The notes: generated by a model from the letters alone, not told the origin. DNA of 57,705 nt from Hyphomicrobiaceae bacterium (GCA_035436725.1 DAOMWV010000001.1:1-57705); one strand, 5' to 3'; counted from the stretch's first letter, positions 18,664 to 35,614 are shown. Made by a program: numbers and translations.

Positions 18664-19896
18664 CTATTCCGCCGCATGCTTCCGGCGTTCGACCGTCGTC
18701 ATCGCGCACGCCGCCCACATCCGGGACAATGAGCTTACGAGATGGCCGACCTGCTCGTTCGTATGGAGCGGCGTCGGCGTGATGCGGAGACGTTCCGTAC
18801 CGCGCGCAACAGTCGGGTAATTTATCGGCTGGACATAGATTCCGTGCTCGTCGAGCAGCATGTCACTGATCGCCTTGCAGTGGACTGGATTGCCCACCAT
18901 CAGCGGTACGATATGGCTGACGTTCGCGAGCACCGGCAGATCGGCCTCGGCGAGACGCGCCTTCACGTAGCGCGCACGTTCCTGCATCTTGTCGCGCTCG
19001 ACGGTACTCTTCTTGAGATGACGGATACTCGCCAGCGCACCGGCGGCCACGACCGGAGCAATCGACGTGGTGAAGATGAAAGCGGGCGCGAAGGACCGGA
19101 TGGCGTCGCAGCAGCGCCTCGATGAGGCGATATAGCCGCCCATTACACCGAAGCCCTTTGCCATGGTGCCGTTAATCACATCGACCTCGGCCATGACACC
19201 ATCGCGTTCAGCGATGCCGCCGCCGCGCGGGCCATACATGCCGACGGCATGGACTTCATCGAGATACGTCATTGCGCCGTACTTGCGCGCCAGAGCACAG
19301 ATTTCGCCGATGGGCGAGATGTCACCATCCATGGAGTAAACGCTCTCGAAAGCGATGATCTTCGGAACGTGCACAGGAATCGAGCGCAGCTCTTCTTCCA
19401 GATGCTCGAGGTCGTTGTGACGGAAGATACGCTTCTCACCGTCACCATGACGGATGCCGGCGATCATCGACGCATGATTTTTGGCGTCGGACAGGATGAC
19501 ACAGCCCGGCAGGAGCTTCGCAAGACTGGACAATGCGGCATCGTTGGCGACAAAGGCGGATGTGAAAACGAGTGCCGCTTCTTTCCCATGGAGATCGGCA
19601 ATTTCCGCCTCCAGGTCGACGTGATAGTGCGTCGTGCCGGATATATTGCGGGTTCCGCCGGAACCAGCACCGCATGCCTCGAGAGCCTCGTGCATGGCAT
19701 CCAGCACGATGCGGCTCTGACCCATACCGAGATAATCGTTCGAGCACCAGACCGCGATCTGGCTAGTTGCGCCGCCGCGGCGACGCTCGGCGAGGGGAAA
19801 GGTGCCACGCTTCCGAAGGATGTCGGCAAACACCCGGTATCGGCCTTCTGCATGGAGCGAGCCCAGATACTTCTCGAAAACTGCTTCGTAATTCAT
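18664..19896 (-). CDS. hemA: 5-aminolevulinate synthase
   Basis: [26 protein letters not shown]...[11 protein letters not shown]...the [10 protein letters not shown] region and the TMAKGFG PLP-lysine region. GGAGG lies upstream of ATG 19896. Confidence 0.92.
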   Translation of the reverse strand: MNYEAVFEKYLGSLHAEGRYRVFADILRKRGTFPLAERRRGGATSQIAVWCSNDYLGMGQSRIVLDAMHEALEACGAGSGGTRNISGTTHYHVDLEAEIADLHGKEAALVFTSAFVANDAALSSLAKLLPGCVILSDAKNHASMIAGIRHGDGEKRIFRHNDLEHLEEELRSIPVHVPKIIAFESVYSMDGDISPIGEICALARKYGAMTYLDEVHAVGMYGPRGGGIAERDGVMAEVDVINGTMAKGFGVMGGYIASSRRCCDAIRSFAPAFIFTTSIAPVVAAGALASIRHLKKSTVERDKMQERARYVKARLAEADLPVLANVSHIVPLMVGNPVHCKAISDMLLDEHGIYVQPINYPTVARGTERLRITPTPLHTNEQVGHLVSSLSRMWAACAMTTVERRKHAAE

Positions 19897-19939
19897 GACT
19901 TCCTCCATCGATTCGAATTCCTTTGTTCACGGGCGGCCT

Positions 19940-20782
19940 TTAGGCCCTGTTCACCGTGGCACGTTGTTGCGGTGGATCGGGGGGCGCGGCATTGCGGTGC
20001 GCCGGACGACCTTTCGACCCCGATGCCCAAGGCCAAAGCGCTTCGGCAGGGAACGGTACGACCAGCATCCAGTGTTCGATGACGGCAAGAGCAGCAAACG
20101 TTGCAAGCAAGGTCGCCGACGTGGCCGTAAACGGGGTGGCTCCGCTACCCGTCGCCTGAAGAACGAATATGACCACGACGACTGTTGCAACCGTCGCCGA
20201 CAACGGAAACAGAGCGTTCATGGGCGCCTTGCGGAAGTACGTCTTCAGATAGGCGATACGCGCGGGAAGGAATTCCTCGGATACGTTGGAGACACCGAGA
20301 AAGATGTTGAGCTTGGTCGACAGGCGCATGACCCACATCAGTGCAAACGTATCGAACGCGAGTGTATTGGCGCTGTCGCGGACAAGCCCGTACAGAAGTA
20401 GCAAGGCTGCAAGCAGCAGATATTCGTGATGCGAGATGACACGGAACGATGCCCGGAAGCGCGCCCAGGTATCGAGGCCGGAAGGACAGGGCTCGCGCAC
20501 GGGCCCAACCACATAGCCGGTCAGAAAGGCAAGTTCGATCGCACCCCAGACGACAATCGCTGCGGCAAATGCCGCAAGCGCACCTTCCGCGGTCGCAGCC
20601 GAGCGCGTCGCCATCACGACCGAGATCGCAACGGCAGTACTTACGACCGCACCCAGCAGACTCCATCGATACGTCCGCTCTGCCTGCCCCACCAATGCAA
20701 GAATAAAGCCCGTCGACGCCCACCACGCGACAGTCGCACCGAACGCGACGACCCACAGATTTGGCGCCGACAGGTCCATCAT
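19940..20782 (-). CDS. puhE: Photosynthetic complex assembly protein PuhE (polytopic membrane protein)
   Basis: 280 aa with about 7 TM segments, directly downstream of acsF as in other PGCs. The call rests on position and topology. Confidence 0.7.
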   Translation of the reverse strand: MMDLSAPNLWVVAFGATVAWWASTGFILALVGQAERTYRWSLLGAVVSTAVAISVVMATRSAATAEGALAAFAAAIVVWGAIELAFLTGYVVGPVREPCPSGLDTWARFRASFRVISHHEYLLLAALLLLYGLVRDSANTLAFDTFALMWVMRLSTKLNIFLGVSNVSEEFLPARIAYLKTYFRKAPMNALFPLSATVATVVVVIFVLQATGSGATPFTATSATLLATFAALAVIEHWMLVVPFPAEALWPWASGSKGRPAHRNAAPPDPPQQRATVNRA

Positions 20783-20786
20783 GCGC

Positions 20787-21854
20787 TCACCAGGACGGTT
20801 GCAGGCGGCTGCTGAGAGGCGGCCGGTTGTCGATTGGTCGCATCAGGAAGAGACGCAGGAACGCAGCGCCCGCGCGGGCCATGAGGGTCGCCTTTCTGAC
20901 GCGTGCGCCAATGCCTGAAGCGTTCTCGGCCTCGTGCATCGAATCCGAGATCACCCGGAGGCGCTCGAGGCTCAACAAGAATACGGGATTGTCGATATCG
21001 ATCGTGACCGGGAACACTTGTTTCGTGATCTCGTTGGTGATCCTGAAGACCCGCATGCCATATTCGGTCGGTTCGATGCCGAGAGCCTTGTGAAACTCTG
21101 GCCGCGCGTGATCACGCACGTACATCGTGGCGTAGACAGCCAGGAGGAAGAACCGGATCCAGAGCCTGTTGACGCCGGAGAGCAGCTTGGGGTTCGCCCG
21201 CATCAGTAGGGCAAATGCCTCCCCGTGCCGGAACTCGTCGTTGCACCACTTTTCAAACCACTTGAAGATCGGATGAAACCGGCGATCGGGGTTCCGCTCC
21301 AGGTGACGGAAGATCGTGATGTAGCGCGCGTATCCGATCTTCTCGGAGAGATAGGTCGCATAAAAGATGAACTTCGGCCGGAAGAAAGTATACTTCTTGG
21401 CCTTCGTCAGAAAGCCGAGATCGACGCCCATTCCGCAGTCCTTGAGCGTATCGTTGATGAAGCCGGCATGGCGGGCTTCGTCGCGGCTCATGAACTTGAA
21501 AAGCTCGACCATGTCAGGGTTCTTGCCGCGCTTGCGCATCTCGGCATAGAGCACGCAACCGGAGAATTCGGCTGTGAGCGAGCTGATGAGGAAGTCCTTG
21601 AATTCGGCCCGAAGCCCTGGGGGGAGCTTTTCGAGATCTGCTTCATCCCACGCCGGGGTGCGGCGGAAGTGGCCCTTGTTCGGATCGGAACGCATTTCCG
21701 CGAGCAGTTCGTCCCACTCGCGCCGGACGTTCTCGACGCTGAGGGCATCGAGCTCCTTGAAGTCGGTCGTGTAGAACCGCGGTGTCAGCAGCGCATCCTT
21801 CTGGGCGGTGCGCGTTGCTTCGTTCGGGGCAATGCCGATGGTGTCGATGGTCAT
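20787..21854 (-). CDS. acsF: Aerobic Mg-protoporphyrin IX monomethyl ester oxidative cyclase AcsF
   Basis: Di-iron motifs [22 protein letters not shown] and [10 protein letters not shown]; 355 aa. Confidence 0.92.
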   Translation of the reverse strand: MTIDTIGIAPNEATRTAQKDALLTPRFYTTDFKELDALSVENVRREWDELLAEMRSDPNKGHFRRTPAWDEADLEKLPPGLRAEFKDFLISSLTAEFSGCVLYAEMRKRGKNPDMVELFKFMSRDEARHAGFINDTLKDCGMGVDLGFLTKAKKYTFFRPKFIFYATYLSEKIGYARYITIFRHLERNPDRRFHPIFKWFEKWCNDEFRHGEAFALLMRANPKLLSGVNRLWIRFFLLAVYATMYVRDHARPEFHKALGIEPTEYGMRVFRITNEITKQVFPVTIDIDNPVFLLSLERLRVISDSMHEAENASGIGARVRKATLMARAGAAFLRLFLMRPIDNRPPLSSRLQPSW

Positions 21855-22156
21855 AGTTTTTTCCCCGACGAGAAGCTTACTTCATAGAGTTCGGTGAGTT
21901 CGAAATGGGCCGCCACCTTGGTCAGAAGGCGATCCAGGGAGCTCGCGCGCTTCACAGTCGCTTGCCGACGAAGCGTGACCTTCTCGCCATAAGGAACACG
22001 TATCGTGTCTCCGTGAACGAGCACCTCGTCTCCGGCTTCGATCTCGACATCACCATCGAGTTCGACGTGTGCATGTAGGCTGTCGAACGTATTTTCGATC
22101 CGGATCGTACAGGGCACGTCGAACGTGCCCCGGGCATTCAGCAGTTTCACACTCAT
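21851..22156 (-). CDS. bciE: Small conserved PGC protein upstream of acsF (BciE-like cyclase accessory subunit candidate, 101 aa)
   Basis: ATG 22156 overlaps the puhC stop (ATGA), and its own stop overlaps the acsF start (ATGA). It is soluble and beta-rich. The name is assigned from synteny with the alphaproteobacterial small ORF preceding acsF. Confidence 0.55.
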   Translation of the reverse strand: MSVKLLNARGTFDVPCTIRIENTFDSLHAHVELDGDVEIEAGDEVLVHGDTIRVPYGEKVTLRRQATVKRASSLDRLLTKVAAHFELTELYEVSFSSGKKL

Positions 22157-22611
22157 TGTACTGCTCTCCCTGACTTGAAGATCTGTCCGAAGCTGCGGGC
22201 GTTTTCGGCGCCATAGGCATCGAGATTGAGGACACGGCCCGTTGCGAGGTCTTCGAGCCAAAGTCCCCCGTCCGCCTGCAATCCGAGCCGAAACGGCACA
22301 TCCTGACCAATGCCCGCCGCGCGCCGCTCGAATGCGAGGCTCCGCAGAGCCACGCGCACGAATCCGTCACGACCGGGCGCAATCACGAGCGACGCTTCGG
22401 GTGCCGAAACCGGCGTAACGATCACGGCGCCGTCCTGCCGGTCTGCAAAGCTAAGGTCGATCGTACGTACGGCATCTGGAGCAAACGTCCTGGATGCTCC
22501 GACGCCGGTATGCCGGGCGACGCCAGCAAGCAACATGGCCGAGACCACCAGCAGCATCGCTCCGAAGAGGAGTGTGCGCGGCGCCTGTGCCTGAGTTACG
22601 AAGCGATCCAT
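22153..22611 (-). CDS. puhC: Photosynthetic complex assembly protein PuhC
   Basis: 152 aa with a single N-terminal TM segment, then FADRQDGAVIV...GFVRVALRSL...FRL...DGGLWLEDLATGRVLNLDAYG, typical of PuhC. puhA-B-C synteny. Confidence 0.8.
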   Translation of the reverse strand: MDRFVTQAQAPRTLLFGAMLLVVSAMLLAGVARHTGVGASRTFAPDAVRTIDLSFADRQDGAVIVTPVSAPEASLVIAPGRDGFVRVALRSLAFERRAAGIGQDVPFRLGLQADGGLWLEDLATGRVLNLDAYGAENARSFGQIFKSGRAVQ

Positions 22612-22635
22612 TGCTGCCTCACTTGCTTTCTTGTG

Positions 22636-23313
22636 TTACTCAGCGGCGACCAGGCCATGCTCGGCCGGAACGGCATTGTGCGTGGATGCCGCCGCTTCCG
22701 GCATCCGGCGCACGCCGCGCGCGGCAACGTCGCCTTCGAGCGCCTCACGCAGGAGCCCGGCGACCGACCGCACATCGGGGATGGCACGGAACATCGGCTG
22801 CGGCGATTTGAGCGTCCATGGCCGTGCATGTGGCCAAAGGACGAGATAGGCGATGCGCTTTCCGGACATGAGCGTGAGATTTATATCGCCATGACCATCC
22901 TTGCCCTCACGCACACCAGCGCTCTCGATGGCGACGAACGGCAGATTGAACGTGACCGGCAGGGCTACGCCGAAGCGCATCACGACCCGGCGCGAAGTGA
23001 TCGTGTAGATCGTCGTCCGCGCGATAGCACGGGCAATTACCACGAGGAGTCCGATCGCGACGAATGCTGCGACCAGGAACGGCGCGAGATTGCCGACGGT
23101 GGTGGCAAACGTCTGACCATCATATGTCCCGCTGATCACGCGCCATGCCACCAGCGCCGCAAAGTAGGCTGCGATCGCATGGATATGCAGGATGTGCCGC
23201 GCGACGTGGCGCCACTCCGGACTACCCTGCCAGACGATTCGCTCACCCATCGGCGGTACCGCCGGCAGACCCGGGATCGGTTCTACGTCGTAGTCGTCGT
23301 GGTGACCGCTCAT
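22636..23313 (-). CDS. puhB: Photosynthetic complex assembly protein PuhB
   Basis: 225 aa. VWQGSPEWRHVARHILHIHAIAAYF plus TM helices and a PH-like C-terminal region. Overlaps the puhA stop by 4 nt. Confidence 0.8.
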   Translation of the reverse strand: MSGHHDDYDVEPIPGLPAVPPMGERIVWQGSPEWRHVARHILHIHAIAAYFAALVAWRVISGTYDGQTFATTVGNLAPFLVAAFVAIGLLVVIARAIARTTIYTITSRRVVMRFGVALPVTFNLPFVAIESAGVREGKDGHGDINLTLMSGKRIAYLVLWPHARPWTLKSPQPMFRAIPDVRSVAGLLREALEGDVAARGVRRMPEAAASTHNAVPAEHGLVAAE

Positions 23314-24107
23314 ATCAGAGGCTCCGCCCGAGCAGGAGTTGCATAGAGCGTGCCGGCACCGTAGTAGGCGCAGATGCGGTCCTCTTCACGGCGCGTCACA
23401 CGCAGCGGCGACCGCAGGGTCGGAACCGCAGTGAACTGATCGGCGAGGATCGATTTGACGTTCACTCGGCGACTGCTACTGTCGATGCGCGAAAACGTCA
23501 TTGGCAACAGGACGCGCTTCGGCTCGAGCGGCTTTCCTTCTGCGTCTTTCGTTGCCCCGGCTACGGCGACTTCGAGATAGCGGATCAGCGCCTCGGAACG
23601 ATCGACCCAGACATCGACGACCGTCCCGCCGACCAGACCGTCAGCACCGATGACCTGCATTCCGCGGGGATCGGGATCTCGCGTTTCGAGATGATAGCTG
23701 CCGTCGGCGCGCAGCGGCACGATCCGCTCCTTGCCACCCGCTGTGAGATCAGGTTGATCGGCTCGCTCTGTCCACGATCCCGGACCGACACCGACGAGCA
23801 TCGGATTTCCGGTCGGGACGAGAGGCGCGCCCGGCCAGGCCGCAACAGGTTCCGCCTTCAGAGGCCGGCTATCCGATTCCTTGCGGGGTGCGGATTGCGT
23901 CCCACCATGTGGAAGGATGTACGTCTTTGCAGCGGGAATGGCTGGAAAGCCCTGCACGGTGACATGAGCGGAACGATCGGACTCGAGCGGATAGCCCTCG
24001 CGCTTGTTCTCACGAAGCAAGTAGAGGATCAGCCCCGCGAAGAAGATCCAGAACATCCACAATGTCACCTGCGCTACGTCGAAGTAGCTCGTGATCTCGC
24101 CTTTCAT
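23310..24107 (-). CDS. puhA: Photosynthetic reaction centre H subunit
   Basis: MKGEITSYFDVAQVTLWMFWIFFAGLILYLLRENKREGYPLE is a canonical H-subunit N-terminus, followed by a PRC-barrel C-terminal region. Confidence 0.93.
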   Translation of the reverse strand: MKGEITSYFDVAQVTLWMFWIFFAGLILYLLRENKREGYPLESDRSAHVTVQGFPAIPAAKTYILPHGGTQSAPRKESDSRPLKAEPVAAWPGAPLVPTGNPMLVGVGPGSWTERADQPDLTAGGKERIVPLRADGSYHLETRDPDPRGMQVIGADGLVGGTVVDVWVDRSEALIRYLEVAVAGATKDAEGKPLEPKRVLLPMTFSRIDSSSRRVNVKSILADQFTAVPTLRSPLRVTRREEDRICAYYGAGTLYATPARAEPLI

Positions 24108-24130
24108 TTCAGTCCTCCATGCATTGTCAG

Positions 24131-25573
24131 TCAGCTTGGAAATTCTGCGAGGCCGAAGCCGGCCTTGCGGTGCTCAGAGCGATCCCGGGATCGCAGCGGC
24201 AAAGAAACGAGGGGGCCGATGGCAACAAGCCCGGCAAACAGGAAGGCGATCTCGACATGGAAGACGACCATGTAGCCGCTCGCGGGTCCCGACATGGCGG
24301 GCCCGAGCGCACCCGAGCCGGCGACAGAGACGACGGCGTCACGAAGCAGACCACTTCCTGAAATGGCGAGGCCTGCCGCAGTCGCCTGAACCGCGCCCCA
24401 GGCCCCCAGAATGCGCCCGCCCTGCCCGTCCCTGACGAGCAGCATCGCTGCCGTGAGCGTGCCTACCGAAAACAGTCCGGTCCCGAAGCCGAGCAGCACC
24501 GCCCCCAGTCGGAACGTGTTCGCCGATGCCAGCGGCGCAGAAAAGACCACCGCGCTCATCGCAATGATGCCGGAGAGAATGCCATAGGCCGCGACGCGAA
24601 CAGGATCGCCACCATTGTCAAGGAGGCGGGCCGAAAGTGCGAAGCCCGCAAGCGCACCGAATGCGACGAGTGCATTGAGCACAGTCGTTCCGGCGACCGA
24701 CAACCGCAGTATCTCACCACCATATGGCTCGAGCAGGATGTCCTGCATCGCGAAGCCGGCAGTTCCGAGCGCTACGGCTGCAAGCAAGCGGACACACTGA
24801 CGGTTGCGGGTTATCTCGCGCCAGGTCTCCGAGAATTGCGGCTGCGCATCCACTGCGCCTGCAGACCGCGGGCGACGCGCCTCCTGCTGCCACATCGAAG
24901 CCAGATTGAGCACCAGTGTGACAAGAGCGGTGCCTTGCACGACCTGGATCAGGCGGATCTGCGAAAATGACTCGAGCGCGAGCGAGAACGCGATCGAGGC
25001 GACCATCACGCCGACCAGAAGCATCACATAGAGCAGTGCGACCACACGATGCCGCTTCTCCGGCTCGGCAAGATCACTGGCAAGGGCAAGACCTGCGGTC
25101 TGGACGGTTTGCATGCCGCCCCCAACCATAAGGAAGGCCAGCCCGGCCGCCATCGGCCCGAGAAACGCGGGAGCATCCGCGTCACCCGACAGCACGATGA
25201 GTGCAAACGGCATGATGGCGAGGCCACCGAACTGCACCATGGTTCCGAGCCACATGTACGGAACGCGACGCCAGCCGAGGACCGAACGGTGATAGTCGGA
25301 CCGATGACCGAGCAGCAGGCGAAGCGGCGCGAGAAGAACCGGTAGCGCGACCATCGTGGCGACGACGGAGGCGACGACGCCGAGTTCGACGATCATCACC
25401 CGATTGAGCGTACCGTTCAGCAACACAAGCGACATGCCGACCGAGATCTGGAATAGCGACAGACGCAAGAGCTGGCTCAACGGCAGCGTCGCGGACGCGC
25501 CGTCGGCAAACGGCAAGAAGCGCGGCCCGAGCCGGCTCCATACCTTTGCAAGCCTGTCGTTCACCGCGCTCAT
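24131..25573 (-). CDS. lhaA: LhaA (PucC/BCD family MFS-type LH1 assembly protein)
   Basis: 480 aa, 12 TM. LPLSQLLRLSLFQISVGMSLVLLNGTLNRVMIVELG is the PucC-family signature. Lies between bchM and puhA. Confidence 0.88.
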   Translation of the reverse strand: MSAVNDRLAKVWSRLGPRFLPFADGASATLPLSQLLRLSLFQISVGMSLVLLNGTLNRVMIVELGVVASVVATMVALPVLLAPLRLLLGHRSDYHRSVLGWRRVPYMWLGTMVQFGGLAIMPFALIVLSGDADAPAFLGPMAAGLAFLMVGGGMQTVQTAGLALASDLAEPEKRHRVVALLYVMLLVGVMVASIAFSLALESFSQIRLIQVVQGTALVTLVLNLASMWQQEARRPRSAGAVDAQPQFSETWREITRNRQCVRLLAAVALGTAGFAMQDILLEPYGGEILRLSVAGTTVLNALVAFGALAGFALSARLLDNGGDPVRVAAYGILSGIIAMSAVVFSAPLASANTFRLGAVLLGFGTGLFSVGTLTAAMLLVRDGQGGRILGAWGAVQATAAGLAISGSGLLRDAVVSVAGSGALGPAMSGPASGYMVVFHVEIAFLFAGLVAIGPLVSLPLRSRDRSEHRKAGFGLAEFPS

Positions 25574-26270
25574 TTCCGGATAAGCTCCATTGCCTCGGAC
25601 GTATAGAAGCCGCGCGAAATGTAGCGACTGCGCCCGACGGAGAAGTCGGCAAGGCCCCGCTCGGTCGCGATGAGGCGACGCAGCGTCTTGTCGCCGAGCG
25701 GCCGGAACGTCGGGGACCGGTCACGGCGCGGGAACATCCGCCCCGCCGCGTGCATGGCGACAAGCAGAGGTGTGCGCGGGACGAAGGTGAAGACGACCGA
25801 ACGCCGGACCGCTGCGGCGAGGCAGGCGAGAACCTTGGCGATGTCGTGATCGTCGTAGTGGATCAGGCTGTCCATGGCCACGACATGATCGAAGCGGTCG
25901 CTGCCATGGATGAGCATGTCGCCGACCTGAAACCGGACACGTCCCTTGCCGATCGCTTCCGGAAACCGGGCCCGGGCCAGTTCGACGAGACGAGGCGACA
26001 GATCGATAGCGAGCACGTCGGCGCCGCGCGCTGCGAGATCGACGGCGAGCGCGCCCGTTCCGCAGCCGGCATCGAGGACAGTGCGCCCTTCGAGGTTAGC
26101 TGGCAGCCATGACGCCATGGTCTGGCGCATCTCGTTGCGGCCTGCACGCACGGTCGCCCGGATACGCCCGACAGGCTCTTCCGTCGTCAGTCGCGCCCAC
26201 GCGTCGACGGCCGTACGATCGAAGTACGTTTCGAGTTCCTGGCGGCGCTGGAGATAGGAAATGGTCGGCA

Positions 26271-26271
<1 letters not shown>
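25570..26271 (-). CDS. bchM: Mg-protoporphyrin IX methyltransferase BchM
   Basis: MPTISYLQRRQELETYFDRTAVDAWARLT...VLDAGCGTGALAVDLA SAM motif; 233 aa from ATG 26271. The 582-aa track ORF is a spurious extension across bchL. Confidence 0.9.
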
Positions 26272-30845
<4,574 letters not shown>

Positions 30846-30871
<26 letters not shown>

Positions 30872-32423
30872 CGTAGAGTGTCTCGATGGTTATTGTCGCC
30901 ACACCACGCTCGGAAGCGAAGCGCTCGGTGTTGCGCCGCGCCTTGCCACGGACAAAAAACGGTATCTTCTGAAGTTCCTTCTCTGCTTCCTTCGCCCACG
31001 CCGGATCGCCCGCGAGCGCTGCGGGCCGTGACACCGCGACCGGCGCCTCGACAGGCTGTGCAGTCTCAGACGTGTGACGGGGAGCGGCCGCCGCATGACC
31101 GAGATGGGATGGTGGCGCCTTGTCGTTGAATTCGAAATCGTCACGGAACATCGCGAGAAGATGTTCCTCGAGCCCCATCATCAGTGGGTGCACCCAGGTA
31201 TCGAAGAGCACGTTCGCACCTTCGAAGCCCATTTGCGGCGAATAGCGCGCCGGAAAGTCCTGGACATGAACGGGTGCCGAAATGACCGCGCAGGCTATGC
31301 CGAGGCGCTTGGCGATGTGGCGCTCCATCTGGGTACCGAGAACGAGTTCGGGCTGGAGCTGCTGAATGGTGCGCTCGACCTCGAGATAGTCGTCCGTCAC
31401 CAGCGCTTCGACGCCGAATTCGGCCGCGGCTTCGCGGATTGTCCGGGCGAACTCCCGCGAGTACGTACCCAATCCGACGACGGTGAACCCAAGTTCGTCC
31501 CTTGCGACACGGGCTGCGGCAATCGCGTGCGTCGCGTCCCCGAAGCAGAACACCCGCTTTCCCGTGAGGTAGGCGCTGTCAACCGAGCGCGAATACCAGG
31601 CACTGCGCGCATCCTGCGGGTCCACCGGCGTCGCCTCGGGAAACCCCGCCGCGGCCCGTACCGCCGCAAGAAAGGAACGGGTTCCCTTGAGACCCATCGG
31701 TGTGACGGTCACGAACGGCTGGCCGCACGTCCGCTTCAGATATGCAGCCGCCGTTTCGCCAATTTCGGGATAGAGCACGACGTTGAAATCGGCATCGCCG
31801 AGGCGGACGATGTCGGACGGGCTCGCACCGAGCGGCGCTACGACCGCAACGTCGATGCCCTGCGACTGCAGGAGACGCGTCACTTCCGTTACGTCGTCAC
31901 GATGGCGGAAACCGAGCGCCGTCGGACCGAGAATGTTGCACGTCGGCCGGCGACCCTCGCCGCGCGGGGTGCGCGCTACGGGCGTCCGGATCAGGCGGCG
32001 GACGATCTGGTAGAATGTCTCGGATGCGCCCCAGTTCTCCTTGCGCTTGTACGAGGGAAGTTCGAGGGCGACGACAGGAACGGGCAGCTCGAGCGCCTCG
32101 GCCAGACCGCCGGGATCGTCCTGGATCAGTTCAGCCGTGCAGGACGCGCCGACGAGAAGGAGTTCGGGCTGGAAACGATCGTGCGCGTCGCGCACCATCG
32201 ACTTGAAGATCTCGGCAGTGTCGCTGCCGAGATCGCGCGCCTGGAACGTCGTGTACGAGACCGGTGGGCGGCGATCGCGGCGTTCGATCATCGTGAACAG
32301 GAGATCGGCGTAGGTATCGCCTTGCGGTGCATGCAGCACCAGGTGCACGCCCTTCATCGCAGTAGCGACACGCATTGCACCCACGTGCGGGGGACCCTCG
32401 TATGTCCACATGGTCAGTTGCAT
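30846..32423 (-). CDS. bchB: Light-independent protochlorophyllide reductase subunit BchB
   Basis: [48 protein letters not shown] is a canonical BchB/ChlB N-terminus. Confidence 0.93.
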
Positions 32424-32426
32424 CGT

Positions 32427-34243
<1,817 letters not shown>

Positions 34244-34299
34244 CGCGTGTTCCCTGCGATGGGCGGACAAATCCGCCCGACCTTAGGGGTTCATTGGAC

Positions 34300-34317
34300 T
34301 GTCAATTAAATCTGACG
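34300..34317. promoter_or_regulatory. Near-consensus PpsR/CrtJ box in the bchF/ppaA divergent intergenic region
   Basis: TGTC-N10-GACG (tgtcaattaaatctgacg) has one mismatch to TGT-N12-ACA. It lies in an AT-rich segment between bchF (start 34243) and ppaA (34368) and overlaps a TGACGTCA palindrome. Confidence 0.4.
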
Positions 34318-34367
34318 TCAAGATTTATTTACGGTTTGCGTAGAACTACATCTTTCGCGCGTCGCGA

Positions 34368-35516
34368 ATGCGTGTCCCACTACGATTGCGCGAGTTCCGC
34401 GACCGTCTAGATGATGCGTCGACATTACGTCGCCCGCTTTTCATCAGCCGGATGGGCCGTCAGGACCGCACGAAGGGCAGGGAAATTGACATTCACGCCG
34501 ACAAGCTGGGGCAACTCACGCGGGCCGGTCACCACACAGACTTCGATGCTGACCGGCAATCGAAGCGAGTCCGGAGGGACGCCATGGCCCACGTATCCCG
34601 AGACCTAGCCACGGATTGTTCGCAAACTTCTGGTGATGCGCGGCGCCGAACCCGGGCCCAGGATTCCTCCAGCCTCGCGAGCGGCTTCGATGGATCCATA
34701 ATGGAAGTCTCGGACACGCCTGCTTTAGATGGCCGCCACCACGATCTCCTGCGCCGAACAATCGAATCCCAGATCATACCGCGGTTGATGCTGGCAACAG
34801 CGTCCGGCACAGACACGGCGACGGCAACTGCGGGCGCTTCTCGGTCCATCAGCGAGCATGACATCGACACGTTCATAGAGCTGCTGCTCCGTATCGAAAC
34901 AGAACCCGCTCTGACGTTCGTAACAGAACTCAGTGATGCCGGTATACCTCGGTCAACCCTACTGCTTGAGCTTCTTGCACCGACGGCACGTCGTCTCGGC
35001 ATCATGTGGGAAATGGACACCTGCAGCTTTGCCGACGTGACGATCGCAATGGGGCGCCTGCAACAGTCGGTTCATCGCCTCGAACGCAACCACGCGACGA
35101 CTATCGCGTTCGATCCGATGCCAGGCCGCCAAGCCCTTTTATGCCCGGCAGTCGGTGAGCAACATACCTTCGCGCTCAGCATCCTCGACATGGTCTTCAG
35201 ATCTGCCGGCTGGGATGTCACAGTCGATCATTCCGGCGATCTGGCAGCCAATATCCGTATCCTCAAGAACCGAACCATCGCCCTTGTTGGAATTTCCATT
35301 AGCCACAATGGTGCCCTGCCGCAGGCAGCCTCCGCGATCCGCCAGATGCGCCGTGCCAGCCGAAACAAGTCGCTGTTCGTCATGGTCGGCGGCACGGTTG
35401 TAAACCTGCGACCACAAATTGCACTGGAAATCGGCGCCGATGCGACAGCTTCGGATGCCACGACTGCCGTCAGGATCGCCGAACGCTCCGTAGGCGCACT
35501 TAGCTACTTGTCGTAA
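34368..35516 (+). CDS. ppaA: Cobalamin-binding PpsR antirepressor PpaA/AerR family protein; start uncertain
   Basis: The C-terminal two-thirds resembles a B12-binding-2 helical bundle plus a B12-binding Rossmann domain (ALLCPAVGEQHTFALSILDMVFRSAGWDV...ALVGISIS). It lies directly upstream of ppsR, as aerR/ppaA does. In-frame alternative ATGs occur at 34452, 34584 and 34701. Confidence 0.75.
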   Translation: MRVPLRLREFRDRLDDASTLRRPLFISRMGRQDRTKGREIDIHADKLGQLTRAGHHTDFDADRQSKRVRRDAMAHVSRDLATDCSQTSGDARRRTRAQDSSSLASGFDGSIMEVSDTPALDGRHHDLLRRTIESQIIPRLMLATASGTDTATATAGASRSISEHDIDTFIELLLRIETEPALTFVTELSDAGIPRSTLLLELLAPTARRLGIMWEMDTCSFADVTIAMGRLQQSVHRLERNHATTIAFDPMPGRQALLCPAVGEQHTFALSILDMVFRSAGWDVTVDHSGDLAANIRILKNRTIALVGISISHNGALPQAASAIRQMRRASRNKSLFVMVGGTVVNLRPQIALEIGADATASDATTAVRIAERSVGALSYLS

Positions 35517-35614
35517 CCATTCAGGACTTCGAGAAAGTCCTCGTACCCGTACTGGTGGAGCCCCCAAAACTGCTGTAATGTCCGCGCTCCCTGTCTTCTT
35601 GAACGGCCAAGCCA

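Noticed and set aside
34244-34270. bchF start at 34270, giving a 188-aa protein.
   Set aside because: That codon is TTG, and the extra 9 residues are not BchF-like. The first ATG (34243) gives a normal-length BchF. This is a minor uncertainty only.
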